64,000 bases of DNA from Diadema antillarum (lineage: Eukaryota), in the NCBI RefSeq assembly GCF_040938485.1, contig NW_027271149.1, forward strand, positions 1,674,001 through 1,738,000, read 5' to 3'. The number at the start of each line of letters is the position of its first letter. Within the stretch, counting starts at the first letter, position 1. This document shows, piece by piece, positions 38,988 to 50,804 of this stretch. A program made the position numbers and the translations under genes. The notes beneath the pieces were generated by a model, which saw only the letters and a list, made by a program, of their open reading frames with translations, did no database searches and had not been told where the DNA came from.

Positions 38988-39135
38988 CTTTAGAAATAAA
39001 AGATAAAATTCATGCAGTTTTCGTACGTTTGCATGAATGCATGTAAGTGTAACCGAATCCAAACAAAAGATCATACACCTCCTAATTCTAATCTGTTACA
39101 AAAATTGACGAAATACAGTGTATTTCTGTACTTAC

Positions 39136-39275
39136 GCGACACTGTGGTGGGTTATTTTGGGTTCCCCGTAAGGACCGAAGAGGTCGGTGGACTGTACGGT
39201 ACGAGATACGTTAGCAGTGTATACTGGAGGACCCGGTGGGTCCCAGATTCGAACCTCTGCTGGTACAGCGATCAT
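39136..39275 (-). CDS. Gene D, coding exon 1 (MIAVPAEVRIWDPPGPPVYTANVSRTVQSTDLFGPYGEPKITHHSV)
   Basis: ATG after an in-frame stop, GC-rich open frame, perfect donor GC|GTAAGT. Confidence 0.55.
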
Positions 39276-39679
39276 TTCGGCAGAGTCTCCATGTTTTCTC
39301 CTTCACAATGCTTTTCTGAAACTTGTACTATCATCAATCTGCATTACCGCGTATGAAAAATAGTTGTGAAATCATTCATCTTCTTGTTATTATCTTGCTG
39401 TCTTTCTTATACGTTCCCTCCTCCCTGTTCATACATTGTGGACTGAATTTACATCAGTGGTCAACATGCCAGCATGGTGATCGGGGAGAAGACGAAAGAT
39501 GGAACGCGCATATCATCTATGATGTCATAATCATGAAGCGCGGATTGTGCGCAGATAACAGTTGAGCATAATTTCATATCCGTAAGATAAAGGTAGACAT
39601 TGACATGGTAGAGCCATTGTATTCCCCCGTGTAGTCTGTTCGCAAGATTGAGGGAAAGGAAAAAAAAAGATATAATTAT

Positions 39680-39684
<5 letters not shown>

Positions 39685-39712
<28 letters not shown>
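39685..39712 (+). repeat. (GA)n microsatellite
   Basis: Direct reading. Confidence 0.9.
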
Positions 39713-39717
<5 letters not shown>

Positions 39718-40758
39718 GGAGAGAGGAGAAGGAAAGGGATTAAGAATTGTTATGTTGAATATCATAAATAAAAATTGATAGGCCCACTGGCCTGTTGAAT
39801 GAAGAATGCAGTCTATACGGCTGAGGGAAGAGACGTTCCGATAATATACCAATAATTCGTTTGTGCCTTCTTTGTGGGGGTGTGGCTATTGGCGTCTCAA
39901 AACTAAGATCTCTAGTCAAGTCAAGAACAGTGGCGTGGTATACTTCGTAAGAATAACAAATACAGAATCGATCGATTAGCTTTGTCATTAAACAGAGTGG
40001 GTATAGCAGATCGAAAGTTTAGTGTGTTCTCAATTATACAAATAAGTGATCGTCATTAGCATGAAAATAGAGACCCCCTCGGCTGAGTGGAGTAAGCCCA
40101 ATGATGCATAATAAGGTAGTAACGATACGCTCCCTCGTTGGCAACAATGGGGCCTTGACAGATTAGTCTAAATTCCACAGTAATATTGCTAAGTCTTTCA
40201 AATTCAAATTCATCAAATGTTCGGAAAACGTGAATTTATTTGCATCGATATCTTTGAAATGTGTGTTATTGGAGATGAAAGAGATATGTTGACCTTTAGT
40301 AAATTATTTTTTTTGAAACACTACCGCACTAAGAGACTTAGAATTTCGAAACTGGTCTGTATATAAAGACTAGCAAACCTGTCTGTGTGCGCGTTACACA
40401 GGTATTGCGCGCGCCACTGACAATAGTCTAGCCAAGTATCAAACAATACGCTACAAACCCACTAAATCAACAGAAGTACATTAAATTCGGGCCCCTCGCA
40501 GTGTAGGTCTAATTGCCACTATCTCATCTTTAGATGCACACTTTCATACAAAAATCTAGGGGCATATCCCTGTGGCCATCCAGAGCGAAAGAAAAGAAAG
40601 AGGGATATTTCATTTGGAAAGTTGAAGAAGCACTATCCAGCTTTTGTCAAAGAGCATCTCCAACGCATCGGTAGAACCACGACCCCTCTTTGCAGATCAC
40701 ACTGTACGCAAGATATATCTAGGACATCTGCACTTGCAAAGTATCATCAAAAGTCATC

Positions 40759-41015
40759 ATGCCTAACTCAGGATTCCAGGGACAAATTAACCAGAGCTTC
40801 TACGGAACCCGTAAATCAGATCTCGTGCCCCTAGGAGACCAGTACGTAACCGGGAATCTGCCAAACCCAGCATTTTGGAGCAGGTTCATGCGGGAACCTT
40901 TCTCCGGTGCGTCGTCTGGATCATCTAGCTCGGGTTCGACGCCGCGGGTGTTGACTACCACCGAAGTCCTCGCGCCAGTCAGACCGAGCAACATCCACTC
41001 TCAGCTTGGAAACCG
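40759..41015 (+). CDS. Gene F, exon 1 of a 179-aa uncharacterised protein
   Basis: Start context ATCATGC; donor CG|GTCAGT; phase 2 matches exon 2. Confidence 0.7.
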
Positions 41016-41079
41016 GTCAGTTGCTAAGATTTGTTGCACGCAAGCTGGTTAAATAAGTCCCTCACGTCGTGGTAGCTTT

Positions 41080-41111
<32 letters not shown>

Positions 41112-43779
41112 GAGCTTCTGACATATGACTAAAGTCATCATTATGATCATTGTAATAATTATGTTTAATGATCCTCCCAAAACCAATGTGTCAAGACGCC
41201 ACTACATTATTATTATATGAATTTCTGGTTCAATTGTGGGTTTATGACATCACCTCCGGACTGGTTCTGTGCAACCGATAGTTATATCAGCAGGTTACCA
41301 ATAACGAATTGGTTTAGTTCGATGTGGTTTTAATGTTCCATGTATAAGTACCATAATTTATTTACATGCAAAATAAAAACATGATATAAAAAACTGAGGG
41401 TGCATGCAAATTGTTGAATACAAACTTAACAGAATGAATACATGTGAATCAATGTGAGGAATCTACATAAAAGCAATACTGCATTACTTTTAGGGCGTAT
41501 AGACTCCAAGATAATGAAATCATGTTTTTATTTTTAATGTATAATTTGCAGTTGTAACGAATGAGAAATTATGAAGTATGAGATGCATACGACGAAGATG
41601 ACAAAATCAAAGCCTATTACATTTAACTGAAAGAGCGGTGTGACAACCCGGCTGACAGTGTTAATCTTGTAATATTGTAATATTGTATATCGTCTCTCCT
41701 CCCGATCGTATTCGTACTGACTGTATCCCCCACTCAGGCGGTCAACCATACACATGCTTGCTCCTACTCCCTTTGAGGATGGAAATTACGGGGGATTTTT
41801 GAAAGGAAACCATTAAAATTACCCTATATGATCTATCACAGATTTTTGGAAGGAAACTCGCTAGCAAAATTGTCCTTTGAATGAAGGAACCGAGAATGCC
41901 GAGGTAAAGAGTGTGCACAACAGCACTCCCTAACAAGAATATCTTTAGGGACTTTCTCATACTGAATATACAAGAGAAGATGTAGGCCCTACTTTCCTGC
42001 GAAAAGAAGGCCAGCCGGCATGCATTGCAACAAAATATGCACAGTGAAGCACAATAGGGGAATCGGGGCAAAAACCAAGATGCCGCACTACTCCTGTACA
42101 TACACGTATATTTCGGATTTTTTCGAGGATTTAAAACTTACCCTATATCGGGACCCTCTTTCAGGATTGTTGGGGAAAGATTTGAAAACTTTACCCCTAA
42201 TAGAAATATTTCGGGGAAAAAACATACATTTATAGAACCCCCCCTCCTATAATTCGACAATATTTTCGGGATTCCCCACCCCCCGCGAATTTTGTTGTAG
42301 GTTAACGAGGAACCGAATGAACGTTGGTTTGTCGCTCCTTGTGCGTTATAGGGACGTGTCTACTGTCCAACCAACAGGACAATGCTGGATTGCCCACCCT
42401 CTATAGAAGTCCTTATATTTCATTTGTTCTTGTTTTTCTATACCATGACTATATCTACGGTAACTGAAGTGAACAGTTAATTAATTTTCATAGAATGCTG
42501 TAATAAATGACAATCCGTTGACACGCGAGCCAGACAGGTATAACGATCAAAATAATAATGGCGTATGCCTACCAGGTACCATGCATACATTTTGCAAGAT
42601 GATGGTTTCCCCATGCTCAATACACGAGAAGTTTAGTGTTGTTTCTCTATGAGCATGGTAAACTACGCATCCTGAACTCATTATGTTGAGTGCATGATAC
42701 AGTATTAAAGGTCTACGATAGCGTGTTAGTAAATGAGTTTTCTCTTGATTTTTAACTGCGTAATATTAATAAATCGAACAAGAGCACATAAATTGGGGTT
42801 TATCATTGCATGAAACGCCGCTCTCTCTTCTGCGCAAGATATACTTGGGCGCAAATATTGCATCGTCTGTATGAATTTGTGACATCTGAATACAACGTTA
42901 GCATCAGCGAAACTGGGTCTATAGATATAGTATAGGGATTAAACAAGATGCCTGTTTGACAGCTATTAGCTAGTGACAACCATCAAAGTATAGCCGAAAC
43001 GGTTGATCGGGTATTCTACATTTAGGCCTTGAAAGAAGATGCAGTTGGGTGAGCGCAAACAACTCGCACGGAACATGGACGCTGGGAAAGGAATTGATCA
43101 ATTGCATTGACACATGTTTCATGAAATCTATTATGCAAACTGGCATCGATCGCCGACCCTCAAGTGCGTTTTCAAACAAATACTTTCATTGAGAAAGCTC
43201 TCCTCTGGCATGAGTCAATATTGAGTTACTTGTACAAGGGCGACAAAGTAGATTGTTAGAGTGTTTTAACATTTTTTTTTTCATTGTACCAATCGTGTAT
43301 TTCATTGCAACTATAAATACAACATTAAATCTATAAGTGACTGAATATCAGCGACACGAACTCCTTTTTTCTCTCGAATATCAGGTAATTTTTCGTTCGA
43401 AATGTATCACTATCACTTTAATATCAAATAGCTAAATACGATTACGGGGTATATAATTCACCTAGAAATATATAAATCTACTTCTGTCAAATTGCAATGA
43501 TATTATAGATAGAGTTGACTTTTCATTTCAATTCTTTTTTGATCGGGTTTAAAAAAGAAAATGCATTCAAGTCGTGTACATCGGATGGGAGTACCGGCTT
43601 TAGGCTTTCAAGTAAAAATATCTTATATTCTTTTTTATGAAAAAAATTGAACTCCTTATATGACATGCAGGTCTGTTTGTGTATGAATTCATCACATGCT
43701 ATGGTTGTGACCCCCCATTATGTAACATGCTTGCAGTCCTCACTTCTTCTACGTCTTCATTATTAACTTCTTATCGCAG

Positions 43780-44062
43780 ATCTACGGATGGCACCCTCCC
43801 AAGGATCAAAACGTCACCGTCGGGTGTCGTCGGCATCGATGACCAGGCCTCAAGTGACTCCACCGAGGTGGGATCGCCTCCGTCCCGCGGCCACTCTCGG
43901 GACGCGCACATTCCTCTTGTTGCTCTGAACTCGCTCGCTCCTTTCGCAACCACAAGCAAGCCTACGTGCGGCTACTTCTTCTCCCGAAACACAGACAACA
44001 GGAAGAAAAGCATTGGCATTCCCGCCACCGACCTCGTAGCATACCGCTATTACGTCAAGTAA
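43780..44062 (+). CDS. Gene F, exon 2 with KPTCGYFF motif (paralogue of gene C)
   Basis: Acceptor CTTCTTATCGCAG; (R)STDGTLPRIK...APFATTSKPTCGYFFSRNTDNRKKSIGIPATDLVAYRYYVK*. Confidence 0.8.
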
Positions 44063-44657
44063 AAGACTACACGTCATCAAAATTTAATGCCTACACATTC
44101 AAGAAGAACTCTTTATACAACGAAACCATGTTCGTTATTGTGTAAATAATGTACCGGTATTTTTTTAATACCATTTCTCTTTCGTGAATTTCAAGTATTC
44201 TTTATATTTCTATTAAATCTCTATAAAAACTGATTCTTGCCTTCAAGGGATCTTCCTGTGCTATGATGTGTATGTAAATCACTCATTCTCAATGCACTAT
44301 GATATGGGACTGGTGAATTCCTTTACTCGTTTTTAAGTGTGTGATTACCTCACCTTGTGTGTCAAAATATTCTGTTTCATGGCACGTATAGATAGTGTTA
44401 CCATAATGATGTCTTCGATTATCTTTACTACTGGAATTTATTTACATTGTTTGCCATGACTGAAAGTGGGATTCTGAGTTCAATACATTTCCCCATGATA
44501 GATTGTATTTCCTCACACTCGCGATTGAAAATAGGTGCAGAAGCTCAGCGCACGTCGTCTTATAGTCGTACATAAATAGGTAAGATACACGATAACGGCT
44601 TGATGTGTACTTCACGAAATAATCATATCCACGAACTATCTCTAGGCCTATTTAAAC

Positions 44658-44718
44658 CAGGGAGGTGGGAAGAGCGTTAGGGTTAGGGTTAGGGTTAGCA
44701 GCTCTTCCCATCTCCCTG
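44658..44718. mobile_element. 61-bp hairpin micro-insertion with a telomeric-repeat loop (CAGGGAGGTG family)
   Basis: 18-bp stem CAGGGAGGTGGGAAGAGC/GCTCTTCCCATCTCCCTG (1 mismatch); loop contains (TTAGGG)3TTAG; perfect 7-bp TSD TTTAAAC. Confidence 0.75.
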
Positions 44719-46000
44719 TTTAAACTACTAGTATCCCTGTGTTAGAATAGAGTCTGGAACTTTTGAACAGCAACTTTATTTTTTTTTTTCTTCGGAAGCT
44801 TAAGATGTCTGTTTGCAGTCTACTTAGTTTTCCTTATTTGGTTACGAGTCAGTATTCGTATTTTGGCTTACTGAACACACTTTGAGGGACATAATCATAT
44901 TGTGTATAAACACACGTTTGTTCTCACCCGGAACAATCTCCGGTTCTCAAACAATACGTATTGGAAGCGTGATTTTTTATAGGGATTTCCACCACTTATA
45001 TAGTTGTTGATGCATTGAAAATTGTAAGAGTGTTGGATTATCTATACCTCTTCGGTATTGATCAATAACTTCCTGTCTGAATTCGTTTTGATAAGTAATT
45101 CTAATATGAAGTCATCGAAAATGATGGAAGGGCGCGAAAATAATACCATCTTGTCTGTATATGGGCCATCGGACAAGTTGATATTAGTCCACCACCAATT
45201 CCTTACATGCAGGCAAGTGAGGTTTTGCTAGCTCGTGCAGGCGGGTACATGTATGTGCAACTAAAATGTTCCTTTTACGTTTTCCATCATTTCGCTTTAT
45301 GATATTTTGCAATCAACGTATATTGGATCTACCCCAGTATGTTATCAGACGTGCATGTGTCTATGATAATTATCTATTTGAATGCAGAAAAAGCTGCTGA
45401 AAACTGCTTATTCAACTGTGGCGAGCCAATAGAATAAAATGGAGTCAAAAGGGGCATGAGCTTTAGATCCTACAGCAAAATTGAGGCAAAAAATGGCCAT
45501 CGTGAAGATTCTGCTAGGATCGAAAGCTCAGGCCCAGTTGACTCCAAAATTATTTGTTTAGGCCTACATGCATACACCTGTATTATGATATGCATGTTGG
45601 GGTCACATGCTGCCGAAATTGTCTCTCTTGAATTATATAGCCACACTCTCTATACCCCTTTGCCAACAATCTATTCCACTATATCATTTTTATCAATTTG
45701 GCTTCCATCCCCTCTGATTTATTACGCAGTATTTGTTTACTGTTACACACGCGTCAAGATAGCAGCTGCTGTTTTCCCTTCGTTGACCACTGTTTGTAAT
45801 AATCACTGATATCCATTTATCCTCTCGTTCACCGACACTGCATGCAAACTCAACGAGTATATTACACGAAATTTGCCTTTAAATACATTTATGTATATAT
45901 TTTTGCAATTAACGTTGATAGGATATAATACAATGCTGTATTTTCCAAGATGATAACGATTACCTGATTTAAATTGCACATTTCGTAACGTTGGAAACTT

Positions 46001-46171
46001 CAGGGATGCCAACATTGGAAACTAGTTGAGAGTGAGACTCCCATAGGCCAATACTATGAGTCAAAATGATTGAGATCAATAGAAATGCATGCAAATGAAA
46101 TAAAGTTTTAGAGTGAGAAAGGACCAAAATGAGTGAGTCTCACTCTCAATGAGTGAGAGTTGGCAGCTCTG
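46001..46171. mobile_element. hAT-like MITE with 6-bp TSD (171 bp)
   Basis: CAGGGATGCCAAC ... GTTGGCAGCTCTG; TSD AAACTT at 45995-46000 and 46172-46177. Confidence 0.8.
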
Positions 46172-46657
46172 AAACTTTGCATGAACTGAGTATACGTGTA
46201 ATATAGTTGTGTGAATTGATACTGTCTGTCGCAGTAGTATTCTGTATAGAAAGGTATGAATGTGTCATGATTTTATGAAGAAGTTGAAAACAAAATGCGC
46301 TTGTAAGATGAATGCATTTCAAACAAAATCTATTATGTGTGCAAAATTGATAAGAATTGCAATATTCTTTGTTAAAATGTATTCACTGATAGCCTTCAAA
46401 ATATGTATTGTAACATTATGTAATCATATTTGCAATAAATGTTAAATGAAAGAGAGGAATACATTGTTTATAATCATTATTCGTGACATTCCTCTAGGCT
46501 AATGTACCTGTATATGTATAATGTACAGTACATGTAATTATGTATTTCTGGGGAGGTGAGTAGAAAATAGGAAATATACCAGGCGATCCTCCTTTGTATG
46601 ACGCAGTTCAAGCGTCGCAGAACAACCAGTCAATCACGTAGCAACGAATCGAGCTCT

Positions 46658-46822
46658 ATTGGTTGCCTGGAGTCAAGCGTAGTGATTTGCATGTAGGCGG
46701 AGCGCGCGCTAAAATTTAGGGTTTACTGATTGGACGACGTCGAGCAGCAATGGCAATTTGCATAGCAGGTGCTTGTTCGCTGGATTCGCGGGCAAATTTG
46801 GATCGCATGCTCGCGATATAAA
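46658..46822 (+). promoter_or_regulatory. Histone H2B promoter: two inverted CCAAT boxes, two octamers, TATA
   Basis: ATTGG at 46658 and 46729; ATTTGCAT at 46685 and 46756; TATAAA at 46817-46822. An octamer just upstream of TATA is the known H2B promoter signature. Confidence 0.85.
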
Positions 46823-46876
46823 TTCTGTCTGTTCGCCGTGCCGAGGTACAGATCAACTCTGATCACAACTCCAAAC

Positions 46877-47248
46877 ATGCCTGCCAAAGCACAAGCTGCC
46901 GGAAAGAAGGGATCGAAGAAGGCCAAGGCCCCCAGGCCAAGCGGGGACAAGAAGAGGCGCAGGAGGCGAAAGGAAAGCTACGGCATCTACATCTACAAGG
47001 TGCTGAAGCAGGTCCACCCCGACACTGGAATCTCCAGCCGTGCCATGTCCATCATGAACAGCTTCGTCAACGATGTCTTCGAGCGCATCGCTGCCGAGGC
47101 TTCCCGCCTTGCCCACTACAACAAGAAGTCGACCATCACTAGCCGTGAGGTCCAGACTGCTGTCCGTCTTCTCCTCCCCGGAGAGCTGGCCAAGCACGCC
47201 GTGTCTGAGGGCACCAAGGCCGTCACCAAGTACACCACCTCCAAGTAA
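46877..47248 (+). CDS. H2B: Histone H2B, sea urchin late-type (123 aa, intronless)
   Basis: [54 protein letters not shown]...TKYTTSK. True start at 46877 (CCAAACATG), not the upstream alternative start in the ORF track. Confidence 0.98.
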   Translation: MPAKAQAAGKKGSKKAKAPRPSGDKKRRRRRKESYGIYIYKVLKQVHPDTGISSRAMSIMNSFVNDVFERIAAEASRLAHYNKKSTITSREVQTAVRLLLPGELAKHAVSEGTKAVTKYTTSK

Positions 47249-47289
47249 ATCGACTACATACTTGTAGCCGGTTTCTTGGAAAACCCAAC

Positions 47290-47324
47290 GGCTCTTTTTA
47301 GAGCCACCAAAACTTCAAGAGAGA
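47290..47324 (+). terminator. Histone 3' stem-loop plus histone downstream element (U7 snRNP site)
   Basis: GGCTCT-TTTT-AGAGCC at 47290-47305 followed by ACCAAA; CAAGAGAGA at 47316-47324 (sea urchin consensus CAAGAAAGA). Confidence 0.93.
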
Positions 47325-48022
47325 ATTCGTGAAGATAAACTCAAATTCATAGCAAACCTTATTAAATATAGAGACTTAATTTTAGTGTTGTGTGTTAGGT
47401 ACAAAAATCAATTTTGCATAACTAACTGGACACTAATAAGGCAAGTACGATCAGAACAGTTTACCCAGTGGTTACGATAGTCATTCAGGATCAGTAGCCG
47501 GCAAGCATGTCATTCCCTTCTCATTTTTTTTTTTTAAAATTAAGTATTAAAGCATGAACATAATATGGGCTTCACTGTGAACATACATGATACATTAATA
47601 AACTGGTACACCGAATGAAAACTACCTCGTCGAAATGGGTGCATGAACTCCTGTATCAGGGAAGCACCTGACTGTATGTACATGCATGATACAGCAGTCT
47701 ACAGTATACATGTACCTGTACATCCATAAAAACCGCCCTTTGGTACGCTGGTGGATCCACATCTTTAGAAAAATATAAGCCTACCATGGCGATACAAACC
47801 TTACTAGTACTACTAGTACATTGTAGTACTACCATACGCATTTGAAAACAAGTGTACATCTATACGCACATCATCTCTTTTGTAGCTTAATTCATGCTCT
47901 GACCGAGGAGGTTGTTTTTATTCTCGTATTCAAATAAGATAAAACAGATAGCATGAGAAAAAACGACTTCTTCGAGCAGCTCGCCTTATACCTCCTTGCT
48001 TTTTACGAAAAGAAAATATATA

Positions 48023-48569
48023 CAGTCAAACCTGTCTATAGCGGCCACCCAAGGGATACGGGAAAAGTGGCCGTTATAGACAGGTGGCCGCTATAGACAG
48101 GTAACATGTATTATCGTTGTATACATCTATATATACTTACATGTACATGTACATGTATGTGTGTACGTATGCACATGTGTGTATCATGCATAGAACAATG
48201 CCGGTGTTTATGAAATTGTTGCACAGTACATGTAGCATGTGCACAGTCATGAAGAAAGCTTAACACTAGTGCCTTATTGTGACTGAATAAGTGATGAATG
48301 CAACGATGGCGCAGGAATGATTGGCACGGCTAACAAGCAGAAAAACACGCTGAATTATCGGCTCGGCTACGGCCCCATCGGGTTTTTGGCCGCTATAGAC
48401 AGGTTAAAATCTACCGCGGGAAACAAAATTTGGGGCCGCTGGCCGCGTTAGACAGGTGGCCGCTATACACAGGGTCTTTAACATTGCTTTTCTCTCGGGG
48501 GGATTTTTCAGTGGCCGCTATAGACAGGTGGCCGCTATAGAGAGGTGGCCGCTAAGACAGGTTTGACTG
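48023..48569. mobile_element. Tc1/mariner (pogo-like) MITE (547 bp)
   Basis: TA-flanked TIR CAGTCAAACCTGTCT; subterminal GGTGGCCGCTATAGACA repeats. Confidence 0.85.
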
Positions 48570-48940
48570 TACATGTACAAGTAATGTACAGTGCCTGTAC
48601 ATAATTGTATTTGCGTATGTAGTATGGCAGATTTCTCCATGTGAATCGCCCTCCTTCCGTGGCCTACTCCCCTGTGATGAAAGTAAACGATTGAACTTAC
48701 TATGTAGACCTTTATGCGGCCATTTATTTAAGTCATTGTAGGAGCATCAACTTATGACTCTATAAGATCTAATTGCAAAATGTTAAAAAGGTTGAAAAAG
48801 AACGAAAAGAAAACCACACACCTGACGGCTGAAGGCTAACTAACGAATAGAAAGATGCCATTTTACCAACGAATATCAAGTACCGAGTATCCCCGTCGAT
48901 ACCTTTCTGTTTACGTACATGTACAGTTACGTAATAAAAA

Positions 48941-50804
48941 TACAGTGTTCATGTACAATGTACATGACCCGTGCAAATGTACGTTTGAAACTCTGACAGT
49001 GAAACAGGTCTATAGATTGACACTGCAAAATAAGTTTTCGCGACTGAAAAAACAAACAAACACACTGTCCATGTGTGTAAAGGTGACTGCCATAATGATT
49101 ATGCATGACATCTAAAACTCCCCAAGTGATCCATGTACACGCACAATCTCTCCAAAAGCCTGCCGCACTTCGTTGACTGGCTAGCTTTGACTTATAGGCC
49201 TATAATGCATGTAACTCAATAGGCCTGCATGCTTTTCTATCATGTATTTGTATACATTGCGCTCCATAATTTACCACCTCCAATTGGCTATCGGTACCAG
49301 GAGCTACAGTTATGGTTACTTCAGACCCGCATACTTGCATAATGCTAAAACAGTGGCGCCGAGACATAGACACGAATATGATACGCATAAAAGAATCAAC
49401 ACTGTCCATGTGTGTAAAGGTGAAAATCATAAGATTTTATTGCTTGATGAATACGTAGATGTGCATACACTGTGGACACCCATGTTTAGACATTATATGC
49501 AACAAATGACGATAAGAAAATATCTACAACATTCTCTATAGGTAACAGATCACTCTCCTCCTTCCTTTCCTGTCTGCTGGTCTGTCTGTCTGTCTGTCTC
49601 TGTCTCTGCCTCTCTGTTTCTGATCTTCTGTCTCTCCATGTATTATCCATGCTTATATTGTACATGCACCTTCACTGCTGCACACTTTAAGTCGATAGGC
49701 CTATTGCTAATATACATGTTCTTTCAAAGTTGGATAAACATAACAAGTGCAGTGTTCTATCCCACACTGTCAAGAGGTATTATAAAACAGTAATAGCAAT
49801 AAACATGTGCATATTTTATTTGGTGTTGATTTCCCTACGAATTGATATCACATTAAAGCTTTGTGTTCATGTACAATGTGTACAGTGTTCATGTACAATG
49901 TACATGACCCGTGCAAATGTACGTTTGAAACTCTGACAGTGAAACAGGTCTATAGATTGACACTGCAAAATAAGTTTTCGCGACTGAAAAAACAAACAAA
50001 CACACTGTCCATGTGTGTAAAGGTGACTGCCATAATGATTATGCATGACATCTAAAACTCCCCAAGTGATCCATGTACACGCACAATCTCTCCAAAAGCC
50101 TGCCGCACTTCGTTGACTGGCTAGCTTTGACTTATAGGCCTATAATGCATGTAACTCAATAGGCCTGCATGCTTTTCTATCATGTATTTGTATACATTGC
50201 GCTCCATAATTTACCACCTCCAATTGGCTATCGGTACCAGGAGCTACAGTTATGGTTACTTCAGACCCGCATACTTGCATAATGCTAAAACAGTGGCGCC
50301 GAGACATAGACACGAATATGATACGCATAAAAGAATCAACACTGTCCATGTGTGTAAAGGTGAAAATCATAAGATTTTATTGCTTGATGAATACGTAGAT
50401 GTGCATACACTGTGGACACCCATGTTTAGACATTGTATGCAACAAATGACGATAAGAAAATATCTACAACATTCTCTATAGGTAACAGATCACTCTCCTC
50501 CTTCCTTTCCTGTCTGCTGGTCTGTCTGTCTGTCTGTCTCTGTCTCTGCCTCTCTGTTTCTGATCTTCTGTCTCTCCATGTATTATCCATGCTTATATTG
50601 TACATGCACCTTCACTGCTGCACACTTTAAGTCGATAGGCCTATTGCTAATATACATGTTCTTTCAAAGTTGGATAAACATAACAAGTGCAGTGTTCTAT
50701 CCCACACTGTCAAGAGGTATTATAAAACAGTAATAGCAATAAACATGTGCATATTTTATTTGGTGTTGATTTCCCTACGAATTGATATCACATTAAAGCT
50801 TTGT
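48941..50804 (+). repeat. Near-identical tandem duplication (2 x 924 bp, period 940)
   Basis: 48941-49864 matches 49881-50804; I found one substitution (49495 A vs 50435 G). Confidence 0.92.

Noticed and set aside
46548-46562. CTGGGGAGGTGAGT, resembling one arm of the CAGGGAGGTG micro-element
   Set aside because: No complementary arm or TSD.
46769-46876. 36-aa N-terminal extension of H2B in the ORF track
   Set aside because: It starts at a non-ATG codon upstream of the TATA box; the real start is the ATG at 46877.
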